The position numbers and the translations under genes were made by a program. This document shows positions 48,951 to 58,638 of a stretch of 64,000 nt of DNA, in pieces. Below the pieces are notes generated by a model. That model worked only from the letters and a program-made list of their open reading frames with translations, did no database searches and was not told the DNA's origin. Position 1 is the first letter of the stretch, and each line of letters starts with the position of its first letter. Origin of the DNA: a virus; IMG/VR virus record IMGVR_UViG_3300023108_000014, positions 1 through 64,000 of that record. The stretch is one strand, 5' to 3'.

Positions 48951-49473
48951 AGAACTTACTTGGGAAAATCACCAAAAAGCAGAACGCACAGAACATGCTC
49001 GTAAATTGCTAAAAGGCATGGAACCACACGAGTATCACAAGTACATTTACAATCAATTTTGTTTATACTCTGTTTTAGAAACAAAAGCAAAAGAACTTAA
49101 TGTACTTGAAGGCATAGAAGGCATCGCACGAGCAGCAAACATTAGAGCAGACATGGAAGAACTAGAAGAAGAATATGATATCCAAAGAGATGCTAGTTTA
49201 TTATGTCCTGTAATTGCTGACTACACTCAATATGTTATGAGTATGACAGAACAAGATGAAATTCTAGCACATTTGTATGTAAGACATTTTGGAGATATGT
49301 ATGGCGGACAAATGATTAAAAAACGCAATCCTGGATCTGGATACATGTACCAGTTTGCAAATGTAGAAAAATTAAAAGAAACAGTAAGAGAACGTTTACA
49401 CGACGGAATGGCAGACGAAGCAAATAGATGCTTTGAATTTGCTATGCAACTATTTGAGGAGTTAGATCAATGA
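48937..49473 (+). CDS. hemO: heme oxygenase
   Basis: LKELT..HQKAE (proximal His), AHLYVRHFGDMYGGQ. Confidence 0.9.
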   Translation: MSKLKELTWENHQKAERTEHARKLLKGMEPHEYHKYIYNQFCLYSVLETKAKELNVLEGIEGIARAANIRADMEELEEEYDIQRDASLLCPVIADYTQYVMSMTEQDEILAHLYVRHFGDMYGGQMIKKRNPGSGYMYQFANVEKLKETVRERLHDGMADEANRCFEFAMQLFEELDQ

Positions 49474-50156
49474 GCATGATTTGGGAAAAGTTAATTGACT
49501 GTCAAAATAGGATTATTGAAATATTTGACAGCAATGCAAAAGAAATACAAGAAGATGGATTAGAATATTTCAACAGAGATGGTTGGATTAATCGTGTATG
49601 GGCTAATGATGCTGTTCGTCGTGCGCACATTGATGTTGTAGATGCAAGAGAGTCAAAAGGACTTTGGATGATGCATGTATGTGTGTTTCCTGTGTTAAAC
49701 AATGATGGACCGATTTATGGCTTTGATGTCATTGCAGGTAAGACTAAAATGACAGGAGCGTTCCATGATTTTTCGCCAAGTAGTGATCCTAATCATCCTA
49801 TGATTGAAGGTTATTATATGAGTGTTGAAGATATTATACCTAGCAAACAAAGAGAACTACCAGAATGGGCTCAGGCTATTTTTACAGATAAAATGTTAGC
49901 AGCAGGTAACGTTAAGACAGAAGAAGAAGCAGATGCTATTATTAAAAAGGCATTGAGCAACCTTGAAGCATACATGATGGAAATTGGAGATTTTACAGGA
50001 AACGGAAACAGAGATTTAGTACTAGCATCTCAAAATCATTACTGCGAAAATCAGCGTAAAAATCCACACACTCCTGCTGTAATGAAATCACTTGGCTTAC
50101 CTGAAGAAGACGTTGACAAGTTTTGCAAAGACATGTTGTTTCCTGATGTGAGATAA
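49470..50156 (+). CDS. pcyX: ferredoxin-dependent bilin reductase, PcyX/PcyA type
   Basis: RRAHIDVVD, MMHVCVFP, PIYGFDVIAG, HDFSP, RELPEW..IF, YC.NQRKNPHT; coupled to hemO. Confidence 0.8.
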   Translation: MSMIWEKLIDCQNRIIEIFDSNAKEIQEDGLEYFNRDGWINRVWANDAVRRAHIDVVDARESKGLWMMHVCVFPVLNNDGPIYGFDVIAGKTKMTGAFHDFSPSSDPNHPMIEGYYMSVEDIIPSKQRELPEWAQAIFTDKMLAAGNVKTEEEADAIIKKALSNLEAYMMEIGDFTGNGNRDLVLASQNHYCENQRKNPHTPAVMKSLGLPEEDVDKFCKDMLFPDVR

Positions 50157-50178
50157 ATATTGTATCAGGAGTTTTATT

Positions 50179-51150
50179 ATGCGCTATAGAGAAATAAAAG
50201 AAGTCACAGACCAGCAGAAAAAAGATAGAGTTATAAGAGCATTATCAAAAAAACGTGCAGACGATCCTTTATTTGACAAAACTTACAAGTTGATTGTGGG
50301 ACCACAAATTGGCTCACGTATCGAAAACTATATTAAAGCACATGAAGATCCTGATATCGGTGCAGAAGAAATTGCATATCTTGTAAAAACTATTCCCGAT
50401 CTAGGTACAACTAATGAAGTAAAAGATTTTGTTGAAAGATGGAACGATGGAGAAGAGTTTATTAATATTAATGCACTTATTCCAGCGACCGGTATGAAAG
50501 GACCTGCACCTTTACTAGATGCAATTGCAGACGGAATTCCTGAAAAACTTTTCGTTAACCTTACAAGACAAAATTTCTCTAAGAGTGATGCAGGTCCAGC
50601 AGAAGCTGCTCTTGCTATAATGAGTCAAAACGTCCGCTATGTAGGCGAAAACGAAGGCGGCGATCTTATTATCGATAACAAGAAAATTGAAATTAAAGGC
50701 GGCGGCAAAAGTCTTACATCCGGAGGCGGACGTATCTATAATGATAGACATAAACTAGATATTACGCCTATGGCTCAAGCACTAGCAGGTACACCATACG
50801 AAGGTAAATCAGTTAGTGTAGTTGCAGCAAGCCAGCCCCTGCCTGAAGATTTCCCTACAGCAGAATTTGCACAAGCAGTAAACCAAGCATGGTTTAACGG
50901 CAAACGTAGTGAAATAGAAAGTACATTTGGAACTGATAAATTTAGAATGGCATGGAACCAAGCAATGTTTGATGATTATAAAGCAGCAGCAGGGCATGAT
51001 GGCATTCTAATTATAGGTGTTTCGCAATATCAGTACATTATAAGTGGCGAACAGTTACATGATTTTGTCAAACAAACTTCAAAAGGTGTAGTTTACAATC
51101 CTAAGAGTAGACAGATGCGTGATTTAGGAATACAAGTCAGCACAGGCTAA
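50179..51150 (+). CDS. putative PD-(D/E)XK-fold protein with capsid-targeting-like N-terminus
   Basis: MRYREIKE start; GPAE...GDLIIDNKKIEIKG; ATAAATA upstream. Confidence 0.45.
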   Translation: MRYREIKEVTDQQKKDRVIRALSKKRADDPLFDKTYKLIVGPQIGSRIENYIKAHEDPDIGAEEIAYLVKTIPDLGTTNEVKDFVERWNDGEEFININALIPATGMKGPAPLLDAIADGIPEKLFVNLTRQNFSKSDAGPAEAALAIMSQNVRYVGENEGGDLIIDNKKIEIKGGGKSLTSGGGRIYNDRHKLDITPMAQALAGTPYEGKSVSVVAASQPLPEDFPTAEFAQAVNQAWFNGKRSEIESTFGTDKFRMAWNQAMFDDYKAAAGHDGILIIGVSQYQYIISGEQLHDFVKQTSKGVVYNPKSRQMRDLGIQVSTG

Positions 51151-51161
51151 ATAGTAATGTT

Positions 51162-51638
51162 ATGCGTTACTTTCTACTAATAATAATATCTTTATTTTTT
51201 TTAACTAAGCCTGGTATTACAGGTGCAGATTTAGTACATAGTTTTAAATCACCAGCGTTCAGCGGACAAGGTTATAGTTCTCACATGTTGAGCCTTGAAC
51301 AACTTACTTTCAATAGAAAAAAAGACATAGAAGACGAAGCAAAACGAGAAGCGGAACGTATTGAGCGTGAACTTGAAAACACAGTCCTTAATAAGTTTAT
51401 TCGTAACTTAGAATCACGTATATATGCCACACTTTCTAAACAACTTGTAGATAATATGTTTGCAGCATGTGGAGATGAAGATCAACCAGCGTGTGCTAAT
51501 TCAGGTACCACAGAAGTAGAAGGTGCTGAAATTACGTGGACAAAGGACGAAACAACAGGAAGTATTACGCTTATTGTAGATGGCCCTGACGGTTATACAG
51601 AAATCACAATACCGGGCCCGGGAGAATTCAATTTTTGA
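51162..51638 (+). CDS. csgF: curli assembly protein CsgF-like
   Basis: Signal peptide followed by DLVHSFKSPAFSG; F..NLESRIYA.LS; TEITIP end. Confidence 0.8.
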   Translation: MRYFLLIIISLFFLTKPGITGADLVHSFKSPAFSGQGYSSHMLSLEQLTFNRKKDIEDEAKREAERIERELENTVLNKFIRNLESRIYATLSKQLVDNMFAACGDEDQPACANSGTTEVEGAEITWTKDETTGSITLIVDGPDGYTEITIPGPGEFNF

Positions 51639-52438
51639 AGTACTTAGTATTAATAGCAAGTTTGATCCTGACAGGGTGTGCTGCAAAAGGTAACCTGCCG
51701 AAAAGTTTACAACAAGGTCCTGTGGTCCAAGAAAATCCAATGGTGCAAGAACTTAATGACTTGCCACCTATAAATGGACCTAAAATGACAATCGGTGTTT
51801 ATGAATTTAACGATAAAACAGGACAGCGTAAACCAGCAGACAATGTAGCAAATTTAAGCAGTGCTGTCACTCAAGGTGCAGAAGCATGGGTAATAGATGC
51901 ACTTCTGCAAGCAGGCGATGGCAGTTGGTTTGAAGTTGTAGAGCGTGGCGGTATGGATCATGTTATTAAAGAACGTCAACTAATTCGCAATACTAGAGAG
52001 AACTACGAAAAAGATAATCCTACTCCATTAGCAGCAATGAAATTTGCAGGTATATTATTGGAAGGTGGCATTATTGGATATGATAGTAATATAGAAACAG
52101 GTGGCAACGGTGCTATGTATTTAGGTGTAGGAACTGCAACTGAATACAGAGTTGATACTGTTACAGTTTCTATGCGTTTAGTAAGTGTTAGCACAGGCCG
52201 TGTTCTAGTAAGTGTCGCTGCACAAAAATCTATAGCAAGTTTTAGACAAGGTGGTAATGTTTTTAAATTTTTAGATCTAGGTACAGAAGCACTAGAAATT
52301 GAAACAGGTTATACTGTAAATGAAGCAACAAACTATGCAGTAAGAGCGGCTATAGAGGCAGCAGTAATAGAATTAGTTTATCAAGGTGAAGCATTACACC
52401 TGTGGAAGTTTAAGCCAAACAATACTTCTTCATCTTAG
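51635..52438 (+). CDS. csgG: curli secretion channel CsgG (lipoprotein)
   Basis: Lipobox LTGC; VYEFNDKTGQRKP, SSAVTQGA, WF.VVER, ERQLIR, EGGIIGYD. Confidence 0.93.
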   Translation: MKYLVLIASLILTGCAAKGNLPKSLQQGPVVQENPMVQELNDLPPINGPKMTIGVYEFNDKTGQRKPADNVANLSSAVTQGAEAWVIDALLQAGDGSWFEVVERGGMDHVIKERQLIRNTRENYEKDNPTPLAAMKFAGILLEGGIIGYDSNIETGGNGAMYLGVGTATEYRVDTVTVSMRLVSVSTGRVLVSVAAQKSIASFRQGGNVFKFLDLGTEALEIETGYTVNEATNYAVRAAIEAAVIELVYQGEALHLWKFKPNNTSSS

Positions 52439-52682
52439 CCAAAAGTGTTTCTCTTTTAATTCCAAGTTTATCAGCAGTATGAGTTCTGTTATGATTACAC
52501 TCTTTTAGTGCTGCGGCAATTTTATCTATTATAAAATCATCAACTTCTTCATGTAAGCATCTATCTTCAACATGTCTTTCTTCTGTGGGCCATATCTCGT
52601 CAAACGTGTCCCAGAACGCTTGTTGTTCTTCATGTATTTTTTGTCCATTTTCTAATGTTTTCATAATTGTATTTATATTCAT
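52410..52682 (-). CDS. stand-alone Fis-type helix-turn-helix protein
   Basis: IAAALKECNHNRTHTADKLGIKRETLLAKMKKY = HTH_8 pattern. Confidence 0.85.
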   Translation of the reverse strand: MNINTIMKTLENGQKIHEEQQAFWDTFDEIWPTEERHVEDRCLHEEVDDFIIDKIAAALKECNHNRTHTADKLGIKRETLLAKMKKYCLA

Positions 52683-52694
52683 TATATGCTCGCT

Positions 52695-52714
52695 TTACTG
52701 TAAAAATATTTACA
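52695..52714. promoter_or_regulatory. palindromic operator-like site, copy 1
   Basis: TTACTGTAAAAATATTTACA, identical to 55630-55649; core TGTAAA-N4-TTTACA. Confidence 0.7.
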
Positions 52715-52786
52715 CTAAATACCTTTGTATTTATAAAACAATTATCTGTTATAAATACGTATGGCGAAAGCCGGAGGTGAAAAAAT

Positions 52787-53521
52787 ATGAGGGCAATACT
52801 ATACGGGGGAATCCTGTCATTGGTTCTCGCAAGTGCAGCATACGCAAACGAGATTTACATCACACAAATTGGTGACACACTAGATTTGGATATTACCCAA
52901 GACGGATCAGGAAATGAGTTTGGTGATTCAACAACAGATGTAACTCTAGACGGCGATGATATGACGTTTAGTATTACGCAAACTGGTGATAGCAACGTGA
53001 TTGATGCTGTGATCAAGGGCAACACTTATACAGGTACATGGCAGTTTACAGGCAACAGCAACACAGTGGATTTAAAGTGTGATGCTACTTCAGGTGTCAA
53101 TTGTGAAAATGTAACACTGAATATTACAACAACAGGTGACAGTAATGAGTTTGTGCTGCAAATTGGCGAAACAGCAGATGCTGATGCCGCTCAAGTAGAT
53201 TTCACAATTGATGGCGATGGAAACGTATTGATAACAGACGTAGATGGAACAAGTGCTGTGGTAAATGTTACAATTGATAACAGTGCTACACTAAGCACAG
53301 CAACATCATCAGATTCTACAACGACATATACATCAGGACAAGGCGGTGTGCTAGTTGAGATAGATCAAGATGGTGATGGTACGACAGGACACAGCGTAAC
53401 ATTAGACATCACCGGCGGCGGCAGCAACTACTATATTAAACAAAGTGGTGTAAACGACAACACTGTAGATGCTACATTCTCAGGTGATGGTCATGACGTT
53501 GATATTACGCAGTCTGATTAG
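52787..53521 (+). CDS. curlin-repeat protein (CsgA/CsgB-like)
   Basis: Signal peptide; repeated QxGxxN strands (TQDGSGN, TQTGDSN, KQSGVNDN). Confidence 0.8.
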   Translation: MRAILYGGILSLVLASAAYANEIYITQIGDTLDLDITQDGSGNEFGDSTTDVTLDGDDMTFSITQTGDSNVIDAVIKGNTYTGTWQFTGNSNTVDLKCDATSGVNCENVTLNITTTGDSNEFVLQIGETADADAAQVDFTIDGDGNVLITDVDGTSAVVNVTIDNSATLSTATSSDSTTTYTSGQGGVLVEIDQDGDGTTGHSVTLDITGGGSNYYIKQSGVNDNTVDATFSGDGHDVDITQSD

Positions 53522-54605
53522 TGCTTTATTATTAAGCACACCTGTATACGCAAGCATTGGCGAAATAGCACAGCACAAAGGCAGCAGTGTTGTAGAACGT
53601 GAATCAGAAAAATATGACGGTGAAGTAGGCTTAGACCTTGAGATGAACGATAAGATTATCACAGGCAAGGGTAGTATGCGTATGGACTTTGTTGATGACA
53701 CTAGAGTAGATGTTACTGAACATAGCCGTATGACCATAGATGAATTTATCTACGATCCTAACACAAAAACTGGTGCGCTAAGTATGAAAGCAACACTAGG
53801 CGCAGTGCGTTATGCATCAGGACAAATAGCAAAGAATTCAAGACAAAGAGTCAACATAAGAACACCAAGTGCAACCATCGCTGTGCGAGGCACAGACTTT
53901 ATGATGATCATAGATGAAATAGGTGGTTCAATGATCACGCTATTACCAAGTTGTGATGTGTCTGGTGCTTGTGTCATTGGAGAAATATCAGTGGAATCTG
54001 ATGTTGGACAGGTTATTATGAACCAAGCATATCAAACCACTGTAGTGCCACATAGAGGTGCTATACCTGGTCCTACAGTGATACTAGATTTGCCAGAAAA
54101 TATGCTCACAGCAATGTTGATCATACGCAAGGTGGATCCATATGAAGAAGAAATCGTAAAACGCTATCCAGACACAAATTTGTTGGACATTGACTTCCTA
54201 AAATTTGATGAACTGGATAAAGATCCACTTGTAGAAGGTATTAAAAACATTTGGGTCACAGACTTAGATAATACAACATATCTCAATCCGGTTTGGGTTG
54301 ATGAAATGGAAAAACAATTGGCAGCTATTTTAGCACAATGGATTGACGAATTAGGTGTACAAAACGTAGAATTTTTTGCTGAAAAGTTTTTTGGTTTAGA
54401 TCCAGAAACAAATATATTTTATGATGAAGAATATCCTAACTTTGTAGTGCGTAGACAAGAAGGTGATCAGCACATTTTCCAACTTAGGCTTAGCCAGGGA
54501 AATAGTTATACAATAGACATGGAACAAGGAGGATTTAGTGCGTACAATTACCGTGTTGGCGTTGGCGGTGCTAATAGCATCACTATCAAGCAAAGCAACT
54601 TCTAA
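53493..54605 (+). CDS. FecR-domain exported protein
   Basis: Signal peptide; D.I.TG, F.D.T, IRTPSATIAVRGTDF FecR signature. Confidence 0.85.
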   Translation: MTLILRSLISALLLSTPVYASIGEIAQHKGSSVVERESEKYDGEVGLDLEMNDKIITGKGSMRMDFVDDTRVDVTEHSRMTIDEFIYDPNTKTGALSMKATLGAVRYASGQIAKNSRQRVNIRTPSATIAVRGTDFMMIIDEIGGSMITLLPSCDVSGACVIGEISVESDVGQVIMNQAYQTTVVPHRGAIPGPTVILDLPENMLTAMLIIRKVDPYEEEIVKRYPDTNLLDIDFLKFDELDKDPLVEGIKNIWVTDLDNTTYLNPVWVDEMEKQLAAILAQWIDELGVQNVEFFAEKFFGLDPETNIFYDEEYPNFVVRRQEGDQHIFQLRLSQGNSYTIDMEQGGFSAYNYRVGVGGANSITIKQSNF

Positions 54606-55593
54606 CGAAATTTATGTTAATCAAGTAGGTGACAATATTGATCTCACCATTACACAGGATGGAGAAAATAACAAGATTGGTGATTTGAATAATCTATCAA
54701 ACAAAGGTTTGCTAGGAAGTCTTGGTCCTTCTACATTTTCTTATACACAAACAGGTAACAACAATACGCTTGGATTTTACAATGCTGATATAGGAGATAG
54801 TAGTAGCACTCTAACACAGACTGGCGATAATAATGATGCTGTAATAGATTGTCAAGGCGAAGACTGCACAATGACCGTTACACAACTAGGTGATGGCAAT
54901 GATGCTCACGCTGAAACTGGCAGTAGTTACAATGATGTTGGCAATACAATTACTGTATATCAAAAAGGTGATTACAACGAATCTTATGCAGAAGCCGACG
55001 GAATCAGTAATGACGTAGACAGTTATCAAGAATCAGACAATAACTTTAGCCGTGTTGTAGTAACAGGCGATTACAATGCTGTCAATGCTTGGCAAGGCAA
55101 ACACGATGATAACACTGTAGACGGTGACGAAATTGGTGATCACGAAGTATACTGGACTGTCACAGGCGATAATAATATGCTAGACAGTTATCAAACAGAC
55201 ACCAACAGAGGTGGTGGAGGTGGCGCTGGACATCACATAGCAAATGTTGTAAATGGTGACAATAATGGTGTAACGCATACACAAATGGGCAAAGCAGGAC
55301 ACGATGGCTTTATTGAAATACAAGGTGACAACAATGATGTTACACTAGAGCAAAGAGGCAATGGTGGTCAACAATGGGCAGACATAGTGCTTACAGGTGA
55401 TGATCATAGTGTTGATGCTAGTCAACGTGGAACTATGGCACATTCATTTGAAGTTGATCTTACAAACAGCGGCGGTGCTTATTCAGTGATCAGCAATCAA
55501 ACAACTAACAATACAGCCACAAGCAAGACCTACAGCCTTACAGGTATTTGCACCAATGCCAACGGTTGTTCAGTAACAGTTTCACAAAATTAA
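54538..55593 (+). CDS. curlin-repeat protein (CsgA/CsgB-like)
   Basis: Signal peptide; many QxGxxN repeats (TQDGENN, TQTGNNN, TQTGDNN, YQKGDYN, IQGDNN). Confidence 0.82.
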   Translation: MRTITVLALAVLIASLSSKATSNEIYVNQVGDNIDLTITQDGENNKIGDLNNLSNKGLLGSLGPSTFSYTQTGNNNTLGFYNADIGDSSSTLTQTGDNNDAVIDCQGEDCTMTVTQLGDGNDAHAETGSSYNDVGNTITVYQKGDYNESYAEADGISNDVDSYQESDNNFSRVVVTGDYNAVNAWQGKHDDNTVDGDEIGDHEVYWTVTGDNNMLDSYQTDTNRGGGGGAGHHIANVVNGDNNGVTHTQMGKAGHDGFIEIQGDNNDVTLEQRGNGGQQWADIVLTGDDHSVDASQRGTMAHSFEVDLTNSGGAYSVISNQTTNNTATSKTYSLTGICTNANGCSVTVSQN

Positions 55594-55629
55594 ACCGTAT
55601 TATTATTTTACAAAATTATCCACTAAATA

Positions 55630-55649
55630 TTACTGTAAAAATATTTACA
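55630..55649. promoter_or_regulatory. palindromic operator-like site, copy 2
   Basis: TTACTGTAAAAATATTTACA just downstream of CACTAAATA. Confidence 0.7.
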
Positions 55650-55662
55650 GAGGGCACTGATT

Positions 55663-55779
55663 TTGGAAAATGTTCTAGTCTACTTTGCTATAGGCTTTTT
55701 TACCGCATTTGGGTGGTGGGCAGCCGACAAAGTGACAAACAATATCGACTCTCAGTATGAACAAAGAGAGAAAGATTGA
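55663..55779 (+). CDS. small single-TM peptide (not in ORF track; start uncertain)
   Basis: ENVLVYFAIGFFTAFGWWAADKV...; stop overlaps next start. Confidence 0.45.
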   Translation: MENVLVYFAIGFFTAFGWWAADKVTNNIDSQYEQREKD

Positions 55780-56132
55780 TGGAACAGTTTGTATGGGCAC
55801 TAGCACTTAGCACTCATTTTGGAATGGAAGGGGATTACAATAGTGTACATCCTCACGTTAGATTTCTAGAGGATGGAGCGATTGCTGGTGCCTATTATAA
55901 CAGCGTGGAAAGGTTAAGTTTTTATACAGGTTATAGATTAGAGATTGATAACTTTGGTATAGAACTTGCTGGGGTCACGGGTTATCCGGCATTTGGGGAT
56001 ATTGCCCCATACGTAAGAGGAACATATGATTTCACGGACAATGTAAGATTATTTGCCGCACCGTCATATGAAGACAAAGGAGACGAACTAGGAGTTGGCA
56101 TAGTTGCTGGCGTCGAGTTTGTGTTTAGATAA
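55776..56132 (+). CDS. small outer-membrane beta-barrel-like protein
   Basis: AGAYYNS..SFY.GY..G.VTGY; C-terminal VEFVF. Confidence 0.55.
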   Translation: MMEQFVWALALSTHFGMEGDYNSVHPHVRFLEDGAIAGAYYNSVERLSFYTGYRLEIDNFGIELAGVTGYPAFGDIAPYVRGTYDFTDNVRLFAAPSYEDKGDELGVGIVAGVEFVFR

Positions 56133-56142
56133 GGAATACACA

Positions 56143-58056
56143 ATGAAAAAAATAATGATTGCTAGTTTAATGGCAACACTACTTGGAACTACAGCATTGG
56201 CAGACACTTCAAGTATGAACACAGATGTATCAGGTATGGGTTTACTTGAAAATGAATGGGTCAAGGCTGGTGTAAACGGTAACACAGGTACACTAGGGTC
56301 AGGCGGAAGCACAAGTCCTGGTCTATTATTTGATCCAGAAGGTACAGGAACATTCAATTCAAGTTACGACTATCTAACACCAGGATCACCGTTTGACGGG
56401 TTTGCTGTTAAAGTAGATGGCACAAACCATGCGAACAATAACACAGGTAGCGTAGGTGTCACTAAAGACACAGACGGCTTTGTAGATGGTACTGATACGC
56501 TAACATGGAGTGGCGGTGTTACAGATAAATTTAACATTGACAACACTTACACACTAGAAGCAAACAAACCATTTATTGATATTAACACTCGTATTGAAAT
56601 GTTAGTAGATGCTGGCGAAGTAAACTTTGCAAAGTTTATTGATCCAGATAGCCAAGGTATGCCGGGCGACAGTTCAAGTACAGACAATGTGCTAGGTTAT
56701 GGAGTTATTCCAGATACTAATGTTGCGTTCAGTGAAGCAACCACAAGCCGTTACGCATTGGGTATCTACACAACAGATACAAATGTAACAGCAGGTGTTG
56801 AAAGTTGGACACAAGAAGCAGACGGTTATGAAGGCACAAACTACACTGATGCTGAAGGCAATCCAGTAAACTTCGGTAACAGTGACGATACTATTGGTAT
56901 TAGTTGGACATGGACAGGCGTTACAACCGGCGATATACTAGAAGCAAACTATGCGTACATTTTTGGCCCAAGTGCTTTTGATGCAGCAGAAGATGCTATT
57001 AGTGGCGGCGCAGGTGGCGGTGACACCACAACAACAGACGGTTGGGGAACACTAGAAGATGTTGGTTCAGCAACAGATGCGGCAAGTGGTGCAAGCGATC
57101 CAGTTATTACAACTGAAACAGTGGTCGACACAAGTCGTCCAGTACTTACAGCAAGTATTACAACACATGAATCAAGTGTAGCAGACGGTGTACAAACTAT
57201 TGATAGAGAAAAAACTACAACTACAACTACACCTATGAAAACTGTAACATATACAGACGGTGTTGAAACATCAAGTGCAGTAGCAGATAGTGTTATAACT
57301 TCAGCAGTTACAGATCCAGGTTCATTTACAGGTCGTATGGACACAGGCAAAAAGATTGGTCACGCAGTTGACTTACACAGTTTAGGTTTTGCTGATTATG
57401 TAGCAGGTAGCCGTATTAACAGTGACTTAGGCGATGGATGTAGTGCTGAAAGCCGTGTGCTAGGCATTGGTGGATCAACTACTACAGATGATCTAGTTAC
57501 AATCGAAGGCGGCATAAATAGAATTACTACAAGTGCAGACGCTTGTAGCACAGGAGATATGACAACGCTACATATGGGCATAGGCGCAAGTAAAGCACTA
57601 GAAAAATTCACTGTCCGTGGCACAATAAATCGTGCTAGCCAAGATATTACATATGAAAGACACATTGGAGACTTTACAAACCAAGGTGAATATTCTACAA
57701 GTGATACTTGGGTGAATGTAGAAGTTGAACCAAACACAGGTCAAGTTCGTCCAGTAGTTGGAGTTGTAGCAGGCAAGCGTTCAACAGATGCTTACACTGA
57801 AACAGGCAGCATACAAAGTGCCATTGCTCACGAAGCAACTGACGAATCATATCGTTATGCTACACTAGGTGTTAACTTTGATTTAGATATCGGAACAGCA
57901 CACATCAGCAGAAGCACAGAAGGCACAACACGCATTGGTATTGGAGTTGATCATCACATCAATGAGAAAGTATCATTTGCAGGTGACTTTAGTAGAAGCA
58001 TGTCAGATGATGCATCAACAAATACATTAAGTGTAGGATTTAAAATTAGGTTTTAA
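56143..58056 (+). CDS. autotransporter-like protein (passenger, Thr-rich linker, beta-barrel)
   Basis: AAGGA SD, signal peptide, DYLTPGSPFDGF passenger, YTETGS barrel motif, C-terminal VGFKIRF. Confidence 0.7.
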   Translation: MKKIMIASLMATLLGTTALADTSSMNTDVSGMGLLENEWVKAGVNGNTGTLGSGGSTSPGLLFDPEGTGTFNSSYDYLTPGSPFDGFAVKVDGTNHANNNTGSVGVTKDTDGFVDGTDTLTWSGGVTDKFNIDNTYTLEANKPFIDINTRIEMLVDAGEVNFAKFIDPDSQGMPGDSSSTDNVLGYGVIPDTNVAFSEATTSRYALGIYTTDTNVTAGVESWTQEADGYEGTNYTDAEGNPVNFGNSDDTIGISWTWTGVTTGDILEANYAYIFGPSAFDAAEDAISGGAGGGDTTTTDGWGTLEDVGSATDAASGASDPVITTETVVDTSRPVLTASITTHESSVADGVQTIDREKTTTTTTPMKTVTYTDGVETSSAVADSVITSAVTDPGSFTGRMDTGKKIGHAVDLHSLGFADYVAGSRINSDLGDGCSAESRVLGIGGSTTTDDLVTIEGGINRITTSADACSTGDMTTLHMGIGASKALEKFTVRGTINRASQDITYERHIGDFTNQGEYSTSDTWVNVEVEPNTGQVRPVVGVVAGKRSTDAYTETGSIQSAIAHEATDESYRYATLGVNFDLDIGTAHISRSTEGTTRIGIGVDHHINEKVSFAGDFSRSMSDDASTNTLSVGFKIRF

Positions 58057-58176
58057 TGTGGAGTCATAGAGATACAACAGCAATGCAATACATATGGGTA
58101 GTAATAATAGTGCTAGCCATATGTGTTCTTGCTTATGTATCAGTTTTTGCCGGATAAATACTTTGAGGGTAAAAAT

Positions 58177-58638
58177 ATGATAGATCCGGTTACAGCGATA
58201 GGTCTCGCCACGACAGCCTACAACGGCATAAAACAAGCCATAAATATGGGCAAAGAAATACAAGATATGGGCTCGCAACTCAGTCAATGGTCAAAAGCAA
58301 TTTCAGATTTAGATTATGCACACAGCAAAGCAGAAAAACCGCCATGGTATAAAAAACTTGGCGGAGGCATTGAAGCCAATGCTATGGAAGTTTGGATGCA
58401 CAAGAAAAAGGCACAAGAAATGAGAGAAGAACTACGTCAATATATTTCTCTCTATTATGGTCCTAGTGCATGGGATGAAATCATACGTATAGAAGCACAA
58501 ATGCGTAAAGATCAAAAAGAAGCAGTTTATGCTGCACAAGAACGTAAAGAAACAATCATAGCTTGGTTAGTTGGTATACTTGTGTTTGGTATTGGAGTTG
58601 CTACAATGGTTTGGATAATATGGCTGATGACAATTTAA
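58177..58638 (+). CDS. phage membrane-anchored hypothetical protein
   Basis: MIDPVTAIGLATTAY..IK; C-terminal TM. Confidence 0.7.
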   Translation: MIDPVTAIGLATTAYNGIKQAINMGKEIQDMGSQLSQWSKAISDLDYAHSKAEKPPWYKKLGGGIEANAMEVWMHKKKAQEMREELRQYISLYYGPSAWDEIIRIEAQMRKDQKEAVYAAQERKETIIAWLVGILVFGIGVATMVWIIWLMTI

